Source of the DNA: Paraspadella gotoi
Lineage: Eukaryota > Animalia > Chaetognatha
DNA length: 64,000 bases
Assembly: GCA_051294375.1 (NCBI GenBank)
Contig: CM119267.1
Location: 2,160,793-2,224,792, forward strand
Reading direction: 5' to 3'
Of this stretch, positions 51,601 through 64,000 are shown in pieces; within the stretch, counting starts at the first letter, position 1, and the number at the start of each line of letters is the position of its first letter. The notes under the pieces are model-generated. The model saw nothing but the letters and a program-made list of their open reading frames with translations, ran no database searches and was not told the origin of the DNA. A program made the position numbers and the translations under genes.

Positions 51601-52022
51601 TTATATAATAAGAGAATAGTATAAGGTTGATTATATATTGTTTATTATCAAATTTCAGTTGAGACGGCAAATTCATCTTTGCGTTCAATATGTTGCTACT
51701 TTGGGACAGAGGCGTCTTCCTCCGTAATCAAACTCAAGCCATGCGCTCATGCCGAAGGCACGAAAATGGGATTCGGTCATCGAAATTCCGTAAAGGAAAC
51801 AATGGTTAAACAAAAGGCAATCGAACATGGATTGGAATTTGAATTCCATCGGATTTTTATTGTAAATTAAATCTCGAAAGGTTCTATTGTTTATTAGTTT
51901 TGATAACATGAATTTATTTAAAATCTGTATACATATACATATACACACCCTCTAAAAAAATTTCAATAAAATGATCATTTAGCAAGAAATGAAATTTTCT
52001 TATCGCACCCAAAAACCGAAAT
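45336..52022 (+). repeat. Near-identical tandem duplicate of 38609-45310 (offset ~6712)
   Basis: ORF pairs are offset by 6712 (39963/46675 and 44967/51679). Both copies end in CGCACCCAAAAACCGAAAT immediately before a 25-N gap. Confidence 0.95.
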
Positions 52023-52047
52023 NNNNNNNNNNNNNNNNNNNNNNNNN

Positions 52048-53070
52048 CATTTTGCAGAAGTTAAATAAACAAAAAAAAAAACGAAAAAGAAACAAAAAAA
52101 TAGAAAAGAAAATAAAAAACTGGGATTTTCTTTCTTCTTTTTTTCTTTTTTTCTTTTCGAATTCGCTGCAGCAATAAAAAATGTCGTTGACTTTTTTGAC
52201 CTCAACAAATTTCGCTCAATCATTTCTTTTTTTTTCTTAGACGCGATATGTCCTTTTAGTGCCTTTGTCGCCAATTTTCCTTTTTTTTAGTATATGTTCT
52301 TTAGGCTCACCTTTTTTGTCCCTCTCTCTGTCCTACTGAAATATCTATTGAAACTGGTTATAGGACCTAGCCAATACACCAAACTGTATCCATTCCTTTA
52401 TAGACTCAATCAACTACCTGCCCTTTGTTTGAGGAGACTGGCTCAGACAGTGCCTTGCGACGGTCAGGGGTCAAATAGAGACTCTCTCTCTCTCTCTTCA
52501 TTCTTTTCTTGTGTCATTTCTCGCTTCTCAACTCAAGTTCATTCTCTATAATCACAAAGCATGCGCATCACGCTCTTGCTCTCTCTCTTCTCTCTCTCTC
52601 TCTCTTACTCTCTCTTCCCTCTCTCTCTCTCTCTTGGTTACCTCGTTAGAAATTATGTTTAGCCAGGTGAGTCATGTTTTTTGAGCATGGCGCTCTGCAT
52701 TGTACTCGATATAAGTAGAGGAGACCAGAAAGTAAAAAATGATCTAGTTAGTTGAATATGACTGAAAAAAGGGTCTGTGGCGCTCTGTGATTCCGGCACG
52801 TAGCTAGACGTTCTACATTCTACATCGCGAAGACCACTGGTTTTCACTTTCATATTCCTCACCTCTTCGTCGTCGTCGTCAGTCGTCTGTTCTCGTCCGT
52901 CGTTCTCGTGCACGAGCAGGTCGTCTTCGTCCCCGTGGGTCTTACCTAATTAACTCAATGGCTTTTCCTGCGGAAGACGGAAAGCTCCGTAGTATGTTTC
53001 ATTGAAAATCTTCATCTCAAGATTAGCATCCGCGTTTTATAGGTGGAATATGTGATTTACGATGAGAGAG
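52048..53070 (-). repeat. Inverted noisy copy of ~36785-37510
   Basis: For example, AAAAAACTGGGATTTTC and TTCGAATTCGCTGCAGCAA are reverse complements of sequence at 37393-37450, and GTCGTCTTCGTCCCCGTGGG of sequence at 36885-36904. Confidence 0.8.
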
Positions 53071-53944
53071 AGACTTGACCGACAGAGATTGACGGACTAG
53101 GTGATCGTTCAGGAACCTCGGACACATATGAAGCGCATAAAAGTCAGAGGAATGAGCTAGAACAAAAGTAAAAGAGAATTGAGTGAGAGTATTGATAGAT
53201 AGAGACTTTGGTAGAGTTTGTGAGATTTTGAATAAAATCGCAAGAATGGATAGCTCTGGTTGTTTTTTCGCTTTTCATAGGCAATAGTAGATAATAATAA
53301 TTTGTCACCATAAAAGAAGCAAAAAATCATCTTCTCTATAATTGTTATATCTCGAACTTTTCGTAACCCGTTCCATTTTCATTCATATTTTCTTCTTTCT
53401 TGATTTTTTACCTCATCTCGACTTTCGTTCATTTTCCGTCCTAGCAAGGCTTCTTCTCTCTCCCTTCACACGAACCCTCTCAGTCCGACTTTGAGTTGCA
53501 GAAAAAATGTTATAAGTTCTTTCTGATAAGTTCCCTTGCCCCTCTACCCGTAAAGAAATTTGCCTCGCGGTAGGGTAAAAAACCAATAACGACTGGATAA
53601 TATTGTTAGGTCGCTCGCCGATTAGAGAACCTTTTCAGTTCACAGTGCTTTTCTGTTCCCTTTTGAAAGACAAAAAAAATCACTGGCAAATCGAGGGGAA
53701 CGACGGAGGATGAGAGAGAGAGAGAGAGCGAGAGAGACAGAGAGAGAGGAGAGAGAGAGAAGAGAGAAAAGGAGAGAAAGAAGAAAAGAGACGGAGAGAA
53801 AAGAAAGGAAGAAAGGAATGAGAGATGCAAAAAAAGAGACTGCAGTCTACAGTGCGGAATGGTCGGCACGAACAAGAAGATGAGATCGGAGAGGTCTCTT
53901 TTGACACTGAAAGGACCCTGTCTGACCGCCACTACAATATCAAG

Positions 53945-56900
53945 TATAAACTGACTTTTACCATGTGCCTTACCTAACATTCACTTAGCACCAGCCTGCG
54001 TCTTCAACTGCTGAGCGTGCAGCAGCCCGGACCTTAAAAACCCCCTAACTTTTTTCAATCTTCTCTTTCCTGGTCCTGCCTCTTGTTTTAATTTTTTTTC
54101 AAACCATTGTGGGTAACCCCTTAATTAAAACATTAACACCACAGCTCCGTGTCTGCCCCTTTCTTCTTTCCTCTAGCGCGTCACTCCCCCCTACACGCAC
54201 CAATAATGGGGCGGCCCCCACGCAAAAAAAAAGTTTTTTGTGTCTTCGTTTAATTTAATTATGTTTAAGATAATTTTAATTTTTGATTGATGTTTCGGAA
54301 AAGGGCTTTTCTCCAGTTAGTAACAGCCTAAAGGGGCAAAACTGCGTTTCCAGGCGTATAAATTGTAATAAATTATTATTATGATTAAGAATTTTTCATC
54401 TTAAGCTTTCTTTTTAAATCAGCCCCACCGAAGACGTAGGTTTCTCGAGAGATATGCATATTAGATAATTTCCAAATACTAAATTACATGTTTCGATAAA
54501 TCAATGACAGATTGAAAAATGATTCTTCCATTTTGATTTTTCTCTCCTATCCCCTCGACTACCGAAGCATACTATTTACGAAGAACAACGGAGTAGGAAA
54601 GAATTAAACCAAAATCATCTAATTAACTTTTATAAAAGCTAAAAGAAGCCAGATAATCTTCCCACCCGTCGAGACTGAATGTGACGGCGACCCAAAACGC
54701 GCTGCAGCGCAATTTAGCCTCAAAGTCCTTTTGGAAAACAAATCCTTTTTTCTCCAAAAAAAGGCGTCTTATGGGCCTTACAAGAGATTTCCCCATTCAA
54801 CATATAATTACCCTTAAATAAAAAAAAAAAGCGCGGAACACACATAAACTTTTTATTTTTGACGAATTGCTACACAAGTGCCCTTTTTTTAAGCGAGAGA
54901 AATAGAAAACCCAAGGACAATCGGTCTAAGAAAAAGCCATACGCGAAATGAAGTTATTATCGCGGGTGTGTAGTTTTTAAAGATCCTGGAATCTTAGTTG
55001 AGCTCAAAAAAAGTCCAAGACTTTTTTTCTCTGCTTCAGGCAAGAAACACTGGCCGACCTCATACACATTAACACATATTGAAAGAAAAAGAAAAATGTG
55101 CAATGAAAATCAAGAACAATATGAAATAAGAGAAGTTATATTTATCGGGGTTTTTTATAGTTTTTTAAAGAAAAATCCCATTCTCTTTTTTTTAAGAGTT
55201 TTTTGTTGAAATAAATTGCATTATAATAAATTACTATTTTTATGTTTTCTTCTCTGTTTTTTTGTTCATATTGTGATAGCACGTTATCGAGATTTAGGCG
55301 CCGAAATATAAATGTTTAATTTCGATAAACACAAGTTTTCGTATTGGGCTTTTTCGGGAAAAAGAATTGGCTACGCGGACCCGTGAGATTAGTGTTTTTA
55401 AAACAGGCAGAGAAACAGTGTTAGAGAACGGCGTTTGCGCTCTCACAACATTCTGAAATTTATTTTTCCCAAAACGCCCCCCCCGTTCATCTAGTTTATA
55501 CTCTTTAACATGGTCCTTTGTGTTTTTATCTAATTAAGTTTCGGCTGAATTTTGTGTTCTAGAGTATGGTTTTTAACTGCAGAGTGTAATTATTAATGCG
55601 CGTTGTTACCGCGCTTTAAAAGAAATATATAATTTGTGTTGATTCTTGGTTAATGAGTTAAAGGGGGATTAGCGTCAAGGCCTTTGGGGTTTTTCTTTTA
55701 TTTGCGACTTAGATATTCGGAGATATTCGGACGTTTTATGGATTTAGAAAAGATATGGAATTAGAAATAAGAAAAGGTTAAGGGAAAATATCTAGAGATA
55801 TTGATCTTATAATACTAGTTGTAATAAAAAAATAATAGAATAAAATGAGATCTTGATTAGAGTTAGGGAATTCTAAGGGTTAGAGAGTTGTATTAGATTT
55901 GGATTACTTTTCATCATTACTTATTAGAGTTGTTAATAATTAGGTCCATTCGGGGTTATGAACACATGTTTCTACATTGAAACCAATTGCCAAAAATTTT
56001 ATCCCCATGTTGCCAAAAAAGGGCAAAATTAAAGAAAGGCCAATCAGCGACCCGAAGTATGTAAGTAACCTCCAATCATAAGAAGAGTTTTTGTCTCACC
56101 TGTGAGATTTTTTTCCAACAAAAAAGGCTCGTGGGAATACGCAACGCAGTCCGTTATGCGTTACGGTGTGCGGTTACAGTATAACAATTTGTATATGTCA
56201 TAATCCGTTTCTTTTCGGTTGTTATGTTTAATTATTTGAGAAACCAAAGGGAATGCTACCAACGATTTATTTTAATGACGGAACTGTTCGCCCTTGGTGT
56301 TCCCGGCAGAAATTGGCTGTTACAGTAAACCTCACGGAAAGACTCGCTGAAGCTTCTTAAGACGGAAGCATGCTCACGGCGCGACCCGAACTCTACATGA
56401 ATATTCCGATTAGATATACTGCACTTTATGTGTGAGGTTGTATTTGGCAATGTGAGCTCAAGATGTCTGTACAATTAGTGATAAAAGTCCTCTCCAAACC
56501 CATAGATGAGCATTCGGAAAGCGTTTGAATCCCAGAAGACCTCTAAATCTCTCTCGTAGCACGATTACTCAAGTCATGTCCCAATAGCAAAGCTTATTAA
56601 ATCATTCCTGCTCAGTCACAGTTTCAAGTTTTATTGATATATTCACTTCCCAGGATGTTTGCCTTTCTCCTATCAATGCCAGCTTATAATTATGCTAACA
56701 TGTTATTCGGATGGTTTATTCTAAAATTTGTTATTAAACACATTCTTATGTCTAATCCCAAAAGAAAACACAAAAACAACGTATTATGTATTTTCTAGCA
56801 AATTACCGGCAATTTTGTAAGTATATATAAATACACAAAGACTTCTGCCTTTCGAAAAAAAAAACGGTTTATAAGTTAGCCCCCCCAAAGCTTCAACCTT

Positions 56901-57345
56901 TTATGAAACCATTCTAAATAACGAAATTGAACAAACATTTCTTTAGGTTTATATATATTTATGATTACTCATAAATCTTACCCAAAGTTTCAACTTCAAA
57001 AGCTCCGAAACGTGTTTTCTCATCTTCTATTTATTCTTCGCTTAATTCTCATCTTTTTGTTCCGTGCCGATCCGATCTCGGACGAGTGAATTCGTAACGA
57101 CGAAAACGGACGAACGGAACCGAATTTATGCACGAATGAAAAGTTCCTATTGTAACGCGGATTTACATCGTAACGCACGCAATGAGAAATTAGATTTATT
57201 TCATGGAATTGTAGAGCTGCGATGTTCTTCCAAACTACAGGACGTCCGTGGCAGAGACTTTACTTTTGTGAGAGCTTCTCCTTCCGTGCTCTCTCGTCTC
57301 ATACTCTTTGCGTCTCTTCTCGCCTTGCTCTCTCTTCTTCCTTCT

Positions 57346-57379
<34 letters not shown>

Positions 57380-59280
57380 TCTCCTTCTTCTTTCTCTCTC
57401 TTCCTTCCTCTCCTCTCTCTCCTTCTCTTTCTCTTCTCTTCTCTTCTCTCTTCTCTGCTGCTCTCCAGTAACCATAGGAATGACGCTCGAAAATATGGAA
57501 AAAGTGTACGGCTAGTGGAGTAGAAAGATATGAAAAATAAAAAAGATAATCGAAGGAAGGAAATTTTTGTTGGTTTGCGTTGTGCCTCCGTCTCGTGCGG
57601 TTTTTTTAATCTCACTGCCGTCCTCTTGTCTTTGTTCCTTCTGGATAGTGCTGTTCTCTCTTTTACTCGTTCTCCTCTCGTGTGTGCAATTCGGTCGTGT
57701 TTTAATGGCTTTTCCACTTTTCTCTCTTTTTTTCTCTCTCGCGCTCTGATAGACTCATATATACATAGTATATTACCATAAATAAACCTTCAGGCCTATC
57801 CCTCATCTCCCGTGGAGACTTGATACTCTTGATGAAGTGACCTCCCTATTTTTTCTTTGGCTTCTCCCATCGCGTCTAAGCACTGGTCCAAGAGGAGGAG
57901 CCGAGCCCGCATTCGTCTGCTCATCTTATCTTCCCTTTCATAGCGTCTCTCTGCTCTTCTTCACTAATGGGTCGACGATGTTTCTTTTTCTTTAATTGAC
58001 GCAAGAGTCGAATTTTCCTGTGAACAGATCCATTACACATTTTCACTCGTTTTTTCTCACGAGTCTTAAGCTGAGCGGTTGAGATTTGCGTAACTCTCCT
58101 TCGGGATGTACAATGTGCTTCTCATCATTGGTGGATCATATATGCAGTATGATATTTGGTTATCATTTTGAGTATATTTATTATGTGTGGAATCTTCAGT
58201 CTTGAATCTCATCTTGAACTCCACGAATAAGTCATCATGGATCATCCATGTTTGATGCGATAAATCTGAAACTCATCTTGATTTATCCTTTGATATCTCT
58301 GATATCATGTTGAATATCATTCTTAATCTCACTTGACATATCATCATGACTGATCATCTTAATATATTCATCCTTGAAATATTCATTCTTGAATTGCTCA
58401 TTTATCATCATCTGTGTAATATCATCTGAATATTATTTGAACTCACCGTTGAATCTCATCGTTGAATCTTCTTCTTGCGAATCTCATCTTGAATTCATCA
58501 TGAATATCATTTTTTGAATATGATCTGAATCTCATCATATTGAATCACATTTTAATCACTGAATATCATGTATTGGAATTCATTTTGGAATATTCTTATC
58601 TGATGATCATCATCTTGAATCTCATCTGTGAATTCATCTTGGAATATTATTTGAATCTAATCTTGAATCTCATCTTGAATCACATTTTAAATATCATCTT
58701 GAATATCATTTTGAATATCATCTTGAATATCATTTTGAATCTCATCTTGAATCTCATCTTGAATTTCATCTTGAATATTATCTTGAATCTCATCTTGAAT
58801 CTCATCTTAAATATCTTAAATATCATCTTGCATATCTTCTTGAATCTCATCTTGAATATCATCTTGAATCTCATCTTAAATATCATTTTGAATATCATCT
58901 TGAATCTAATCTTGAATCTCATCTCCAGTCTCATCTTAAATATCATTTTGAATATCATTTTGAATCTCATCTTGAATCTCATATCGTCCTTTTTTCGGTC
59001 AACTATATCTTTTTTTTAATTCGTATCTTTTCATCTTTTCTCTTTTAGGCTTTTAAATCTTAATTGCTACACATTCGCAAGTTTCATTGACATAAAAAAA
59101 GATTCTTTCTTTTTTTTGGTTTATTTTCCGTAATTAATATTTCTTTTTGAGCAAAAAAAAGAAAAATCTTTTCCCGCTTTGAATGAAATCGAGATCCGAG
59201 TTATGAGGCCCTAAAAATTTACATTGAAATAAATCTGGATGAAGGAAATAAATGCCGTCTTCTTTTGAGTGAGAGAGAGT
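53945..59280 (+). repeat. Forward copy of ~37030-40155, very noisy at first and improving toward the end
   Basis: Anchors: GGTTAATGAGTTAA..GGATTAGCGTCAAGG (~55648), ATGGAATTGTAGAGCTGC (~57203), the 12-bp satellite, and AATGCCGTCTTCTTTTGAGTGA (~59251). Confidence 0.75.
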
Positions 59281-59292
59281 ATGAGAGAGATA

Positions 59293-59896
59293 AGGAAGGG
59301 TGGGAGGGAAATTGAATAAGAGGAGGAGGAGGTAGGAGAGGAAGAGGAGGAAGAGGTCTCGAGATCAGTTTTCTAGCTTGATTTTCTTTTGTTGAAACTC
59401 GAAAAGCTGAGAGGTAAAAGAGAATATACTGTAAGAGAGGATAAGGAGAGGAATAGAGAGGGGAAAAGAGAGAGGAAAGGGAGGGGGAGAGAGATGGGGG
59501 AGGAAAAGAGAGGGGGGACTGATAGAGAGTCGACTGGATATAGGGATAGAGGATACAGTACGGAATTATTAAGTAGTAAAAATATTATTATTAATGTGAA
59601 AGGAAGAATATCGATAGTGAAAGTAGGAAAGAACAGATAATTCAAAATGGAGGGGTTGAGAGGAGAGAAGAAAGAGAATAAAGATAGACAAGATAAACGA
59701 AAATGGAAAAGAAAAGAAAAGAGATATAAAGTAGAAATTAGAGTAGAGGTTTTTGCCAAAAGAATTAAATTGAAAAAGTAGCCGAGCTGAAGAGTAAGAA
59801 AAGTGAAAAAAAGGGGACAGGTGATAATTTGAGTGAAATAGAAAAACTTATCGGGCTTAATCTTTTAAGAGAAGTCACAGGTAGGAGAGAGAAAGG

Positions 59897-59937
<41 letters not shown>

Positions 59938-60636
59938 GAGAGAGAGAGAGAGAGAGAGATAGAGGAGGATGAGAAAGCCGATGGTAAAGACGAAATAGAG
60001 ATGATGTATTCAGTGAATCAGATTGGGTGTGGCTAGCTTAGGTTGGGCTTTAGCTTGGGTGGGGGATTAGCTCGGTTGGGCTAGCTCGGTTTGGAACTCC
60101 AGATGGGTGGGTATATGCTTGGGTGGGCTCAGCTGGAGTTTTTAAGAGAGATTCGATGAGAGATATTTGTTGTTTATCGCGAAAACCGACTTAAAGTTTG
60201 GGGTTTAATTGTCCTAGCGAAGGTTGAGGGCAATGAGGGGAGGAATTTCAGGCGAGAAATTTTCAGGCTTGCTCACTTCAACCTTTGCCGTCCAGCCGCT
60301 CGCCGCGCCGCCGGCCGCCGGCGCCGCCGCCAACGCACCGGCACTTCGTTTTCCTACTAAGTGGGAAAACTGGCAGCGAGTGGCCCACTTTTAGTAAGTG
60401 TTGTTCCCTTCGCAAAGGCAATCCCTGGGCACCCACTCCGTCCCTGGTGTTGCCTTCCACTTCTTTCCCGCCGCCGCCGCCAGCCGCCGCCGCCGCCGCG
60501 CGCCGCCGCCGCTCCTTCCCAGATTGGTTTTTTCTCGTGCAGGAGAAAATCAGGCTCCTAATCGGGAATTAAAAAGGTAAGGATCGGTGGGTTGAAGGTA
60601 GAGACAGAGACCCGAGAGAGAGAGAGCAGAGAGAAG

Positions 60637-60714
<78 letters not shown>

Positions 60715-62666
60715 AAGGGAGAGATGGATTAGAGATGGATAAGAGATGGATTAGAGACCGAATTACTGGAATGGGTAGCATTTGAGAGGATCTCGTAAGT
60801 TTTTTTGAGAAGCCTGAGTTTCTTTTCTTGAAGAAAAAGTAATTCTACTTTGATCGGCTAGAATGAACATCTTTTTTAAAATCACTAAAAAAAAACCAAC
60901 ATTTTTTATTTTGGTAAAAATTGTCAAAAACAAGAAAGTAGAAAAACAAATAGAAGAGTGATGATTTCCGAAGATTAAAAAGTAGGAAGTTCGAACAGAA
61001 ACCGTTTTCGATATCCTTATTTAAAATTAAAAACATTAATGCCAGTTAAAGAGCATCCCACCAAGGAAGAAGCTTAACGTTACATAAATGTAATTCCTTA
61101 GCGTAGCCATCTATATTCTTCCTGACCTCGTTATTTATCTCTGCAGAGGCGTGCAGCGGCGCTCAATCTTGTAATGTTCAAAGTTCCCGGAGTTTAATTG
61201 CTAATTTTTGTTTTCTTCCGGATTAAAACTGAAAGAAGGGAGACATCGTGACTCGATTCCGAAACAACATCACCGCATCTCGACAGGAAGGTGGGGGTGC
61301 TCTCTTCTCTCTCTCTCTCTCTCTCGTCTCTCTCTCTCTCTCTCTCTCTCCTCTCTTCTCTCTCTCTCTCTCTCTCTCTCAATATCACTTGGACGATCGC
61401 TCGAAAGCGGAAAGAGATAAGCGTCTTCGCTCTCACTCTTAAACAAAGAAAGAGAAGGAAAATGCAAATGAGTTCGGAAATGAAGCTTTTTTTACTTTCA
61501 CTGATTCACGAGACCGTTTTCACGGCTGAGTGAACCTATGAAGGAAAAGAGAAGGGAGAGAGAGGAAAGATAAGAGGGCGAGATAGGAGAGGGAGAGAAG
61601 AAGAGAGGAAAGGAAAGGAGAGGAGAGGGAAGCGCGTTATGGGTGAAGAGGAAAGAGAGGTTAGATAAGAGAGGAAAGGATTAGAAGAAGGAGAAGGGGA
61701 GAGTAAAAAGAGCGGAGAAATAAGAGAGAATTAGAAAGGAGAAGTCCAGGAGTGGATAAGTGAGGAAAGGCTTTACTTCTCAGTCCTTACCTTATTTTCC
61801 TCACCTTACAAGAGAAGAAATAAAAGAGAGGAAGAGAAAAAAGAAAAAAAGAAAGAAAGAAAGAGAGAAGAGAAAAAAGACAAAAAGATAAAGAAAGAGA
61901 GAGAGAGAGAACAGCCTATAAAAGAAAAAAAGATGAGATAGAAAACATGCAAAACATATACAATATTATGCAGTAGAATTTTAATGTCAGATTAAATAAA
62001 TGAGAGGACGGTGAAACTCATGTGCAAGAGTGTTTCACTGTGACCACCTGAAGACTTTTCGGTGCTTAGTGGTCATACGGATATCAAGTGAAAAAGTGGC
62101 AGATCTGGAATTCTCAATGGCCACCTATCATACAACTCTTTTATTTGCATTTCCCATCAATGCCATTCCATGACTGCCAACTGCATCAATGCCACTCTAT
62201 AAATATAGCCACTCTTTCTATTGCCACTCCATCAATGCCATTCCATCAATGTCCATTCATGACTGCCACTTCATCAATGCCATTCAATTAAATGCGCACT
62301 CTTTCATGCCACTTCCTCATCAATTTCACTCCATCAATTGCCTATATTTCATGTCTGCCAGACATCATTACCCACTCCACATCATTCCTCCAACCACAAC
62401 ATCGACTCTGTCTCCACGTGTCAGCGTTCACGTGGTCAGCAACGTGTCGTCTTTATTCTTCCGTGTCTCCCTTTGATTCCTCCTTCCTCCTTCCTCCTCC
62501 TCCTCCCCTCCTTTCTCCTCTCGATCTTCGTAGATTTTGTCGCCGCGAGTCGTCGTTTGTCATCGTCGTTGTGCATCGTCGTTTTTCGTGGTTGTCATCG
62601 TCGTTGTCTCGTCGTTTTCGTCGTTGTCGATCGTCAACTTTTCCATAGTTTCAAATAGAGAGAGAG

Positions 62667-62706
<40 letters not shown>

Positions 62707-62740
62707 AGAAGGAAGAGGAGAGAGACAGAGAGAGAGGAAC

Positions 62741-62781
<41 letters not shown>

Positions 62782-62888
62782 GAGAGAGAGAGGAGAGAGA
62801 GAGAGAGGAAGAGAGAGAGAAGAAAGAGAGAGAACAGAGGGAGAGAGAGAGGAAGAGAGAGAGAGATGAGGAGAGAGAGAGAAGAGAG

Positions 62889-62936
<48 letters not shown>

Positions 62937-63756
62937 AGAAAGTTGTCGAAAACGCCATCTGTTCCGCGTCCATTAATCCGCAGAGTCATGCTCGGTTGCG
63001 TCAGCGCAGGAATTGCAGATTACGTGCGAATAATTACGTGTGCAATGAAATGAATCGAAGGGTTATGATCTGAATTAATTCACGTGCGCAATCAAAAATT
63101 GCATATTACATAAAGATTAAAAACGATTGTTATTTAATACAATGGTAAATTCCGGTTAGCAATGAAAAAAATTCGTAAATTAAGACGCAGACTTATTGTA
63201 ATAATAGTAATGTAATGTATAATGTAATTGCATTTTAAAACAAATTATTTTAGATTTAAATTGGAAAAAAAATCACTAAGTTTTATATTTCGTTTTACTT
63301 TCAACAAATTCTTCGTCGTAGGGAGACGAATCGTAGGTCAAATTGACTGATAGGCTGGCGTGACAGTGTGACTGCCGTGACAGCGTGACTGGCTTTCCCT
63401 TCCTCTAACAAATAGAACAAAGCTTCTTTTGTTTTACGTGATACTTTTGAGTCTTTAATTTTTTTTCGTTATGTCTGTTTAAAAGTATTGGTTTAAGCCT
63501 TTTTAAAATTTATATTTTAAAATTGTTTTTTTTTTCTCCTTTTTTACGTCGAAATCCCCAAGTGTACAAAACTCAGGAGTACGAAAGAGAGACACGACGC
63601 CGACGACGACGACGAACGACGACGACGGCGATTTCCGCCAGTAAAAAACTCTTTCTTCTCTCTCTCCTCGTCTCTCTTCTCTCTGCTCTCTCTCTCCTCT
63701 CTCTCCTCTCTCTCCTCTCTCTTCTCTCTCTCATTTCCTCTCTCTCTCGTGCTCTC

Positions 63757-63788
<32 letters not shown>

Positions 63789-64000
63789 TTCTCTCCTTCT
63801 CCCTTTTTCCGCCCCGAGGCCCATTTTTTTGCCCCGGGGTCCGGATCGGGAACTGATCACCCTTGAAGTCTCAACTCTCGGCCAAGGGGGCGTTTCCCGG
63901 CACGAACATTTATGCTTTTGCGAAAACGTGGGCGCCGCAAAGGCAGCGCCCTGCAGCGCCCGGCGCGCTTCTGCAGCGCCGCTAAGCATTGCCAGTAAAA
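59293..64000 (+). repeat. Noisy duplicate of ~30638-35020
   Basis: Colinear from AAGGAAGGGTGGGAGGGAAATTGAAT to GCATTGCCAGTAAAA with frequent indels. Confidence 0.9.

Noticed and set aside
53100-57200. Apparently unique, novel sequence
   Set aside because: It contains scattered anchors to 36650-38400 within what looks like low-quality read noise, so it is not reliable.

Overview
This is eukaryotic, probably invertebrate-animal, AT-rich genomic DNA from a low-quality gap-filled assembly; no prokaryotic genes or CRISPR arrays are present. It is dominated by (AG)n, (GAC/TCG)n and (GCC)n microsatellites and several minisatellites. Nearly all long ORFs in the supplied track are translations of these repeats. 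More than half of the window is redundant: six 25-N gaps and one 18-N gap are flanked by repeated, often indel-riddled copies of the same loci, most likely overfilled gaps from raw long reads. The non-redundant content includes: (1) the first coding exon of a divergent SLC6 (neurotransmitter:sodium symporter) gene on the minus strand; (2) a highly structured ~220-nt GC-rich element just downstream of it; (3) a tRNA-derived SINE head; (4) a candidate extremely Asp-rich gene on the minus strand hidden in the TCG arrays; (5) a Tc1-like MITE and a Helentron/DINE-like non-autonomous element; (6) a divergent pair of small spliced orphan gene candidates; and (7) most notably, a 244-bp palindrome carrying two tandem minimal hammerhead-ribozyme cores of the Penelope-like retroelement type. 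All calls come from manual reading; no searches were run, and boundaries of noisy copies are approximate.
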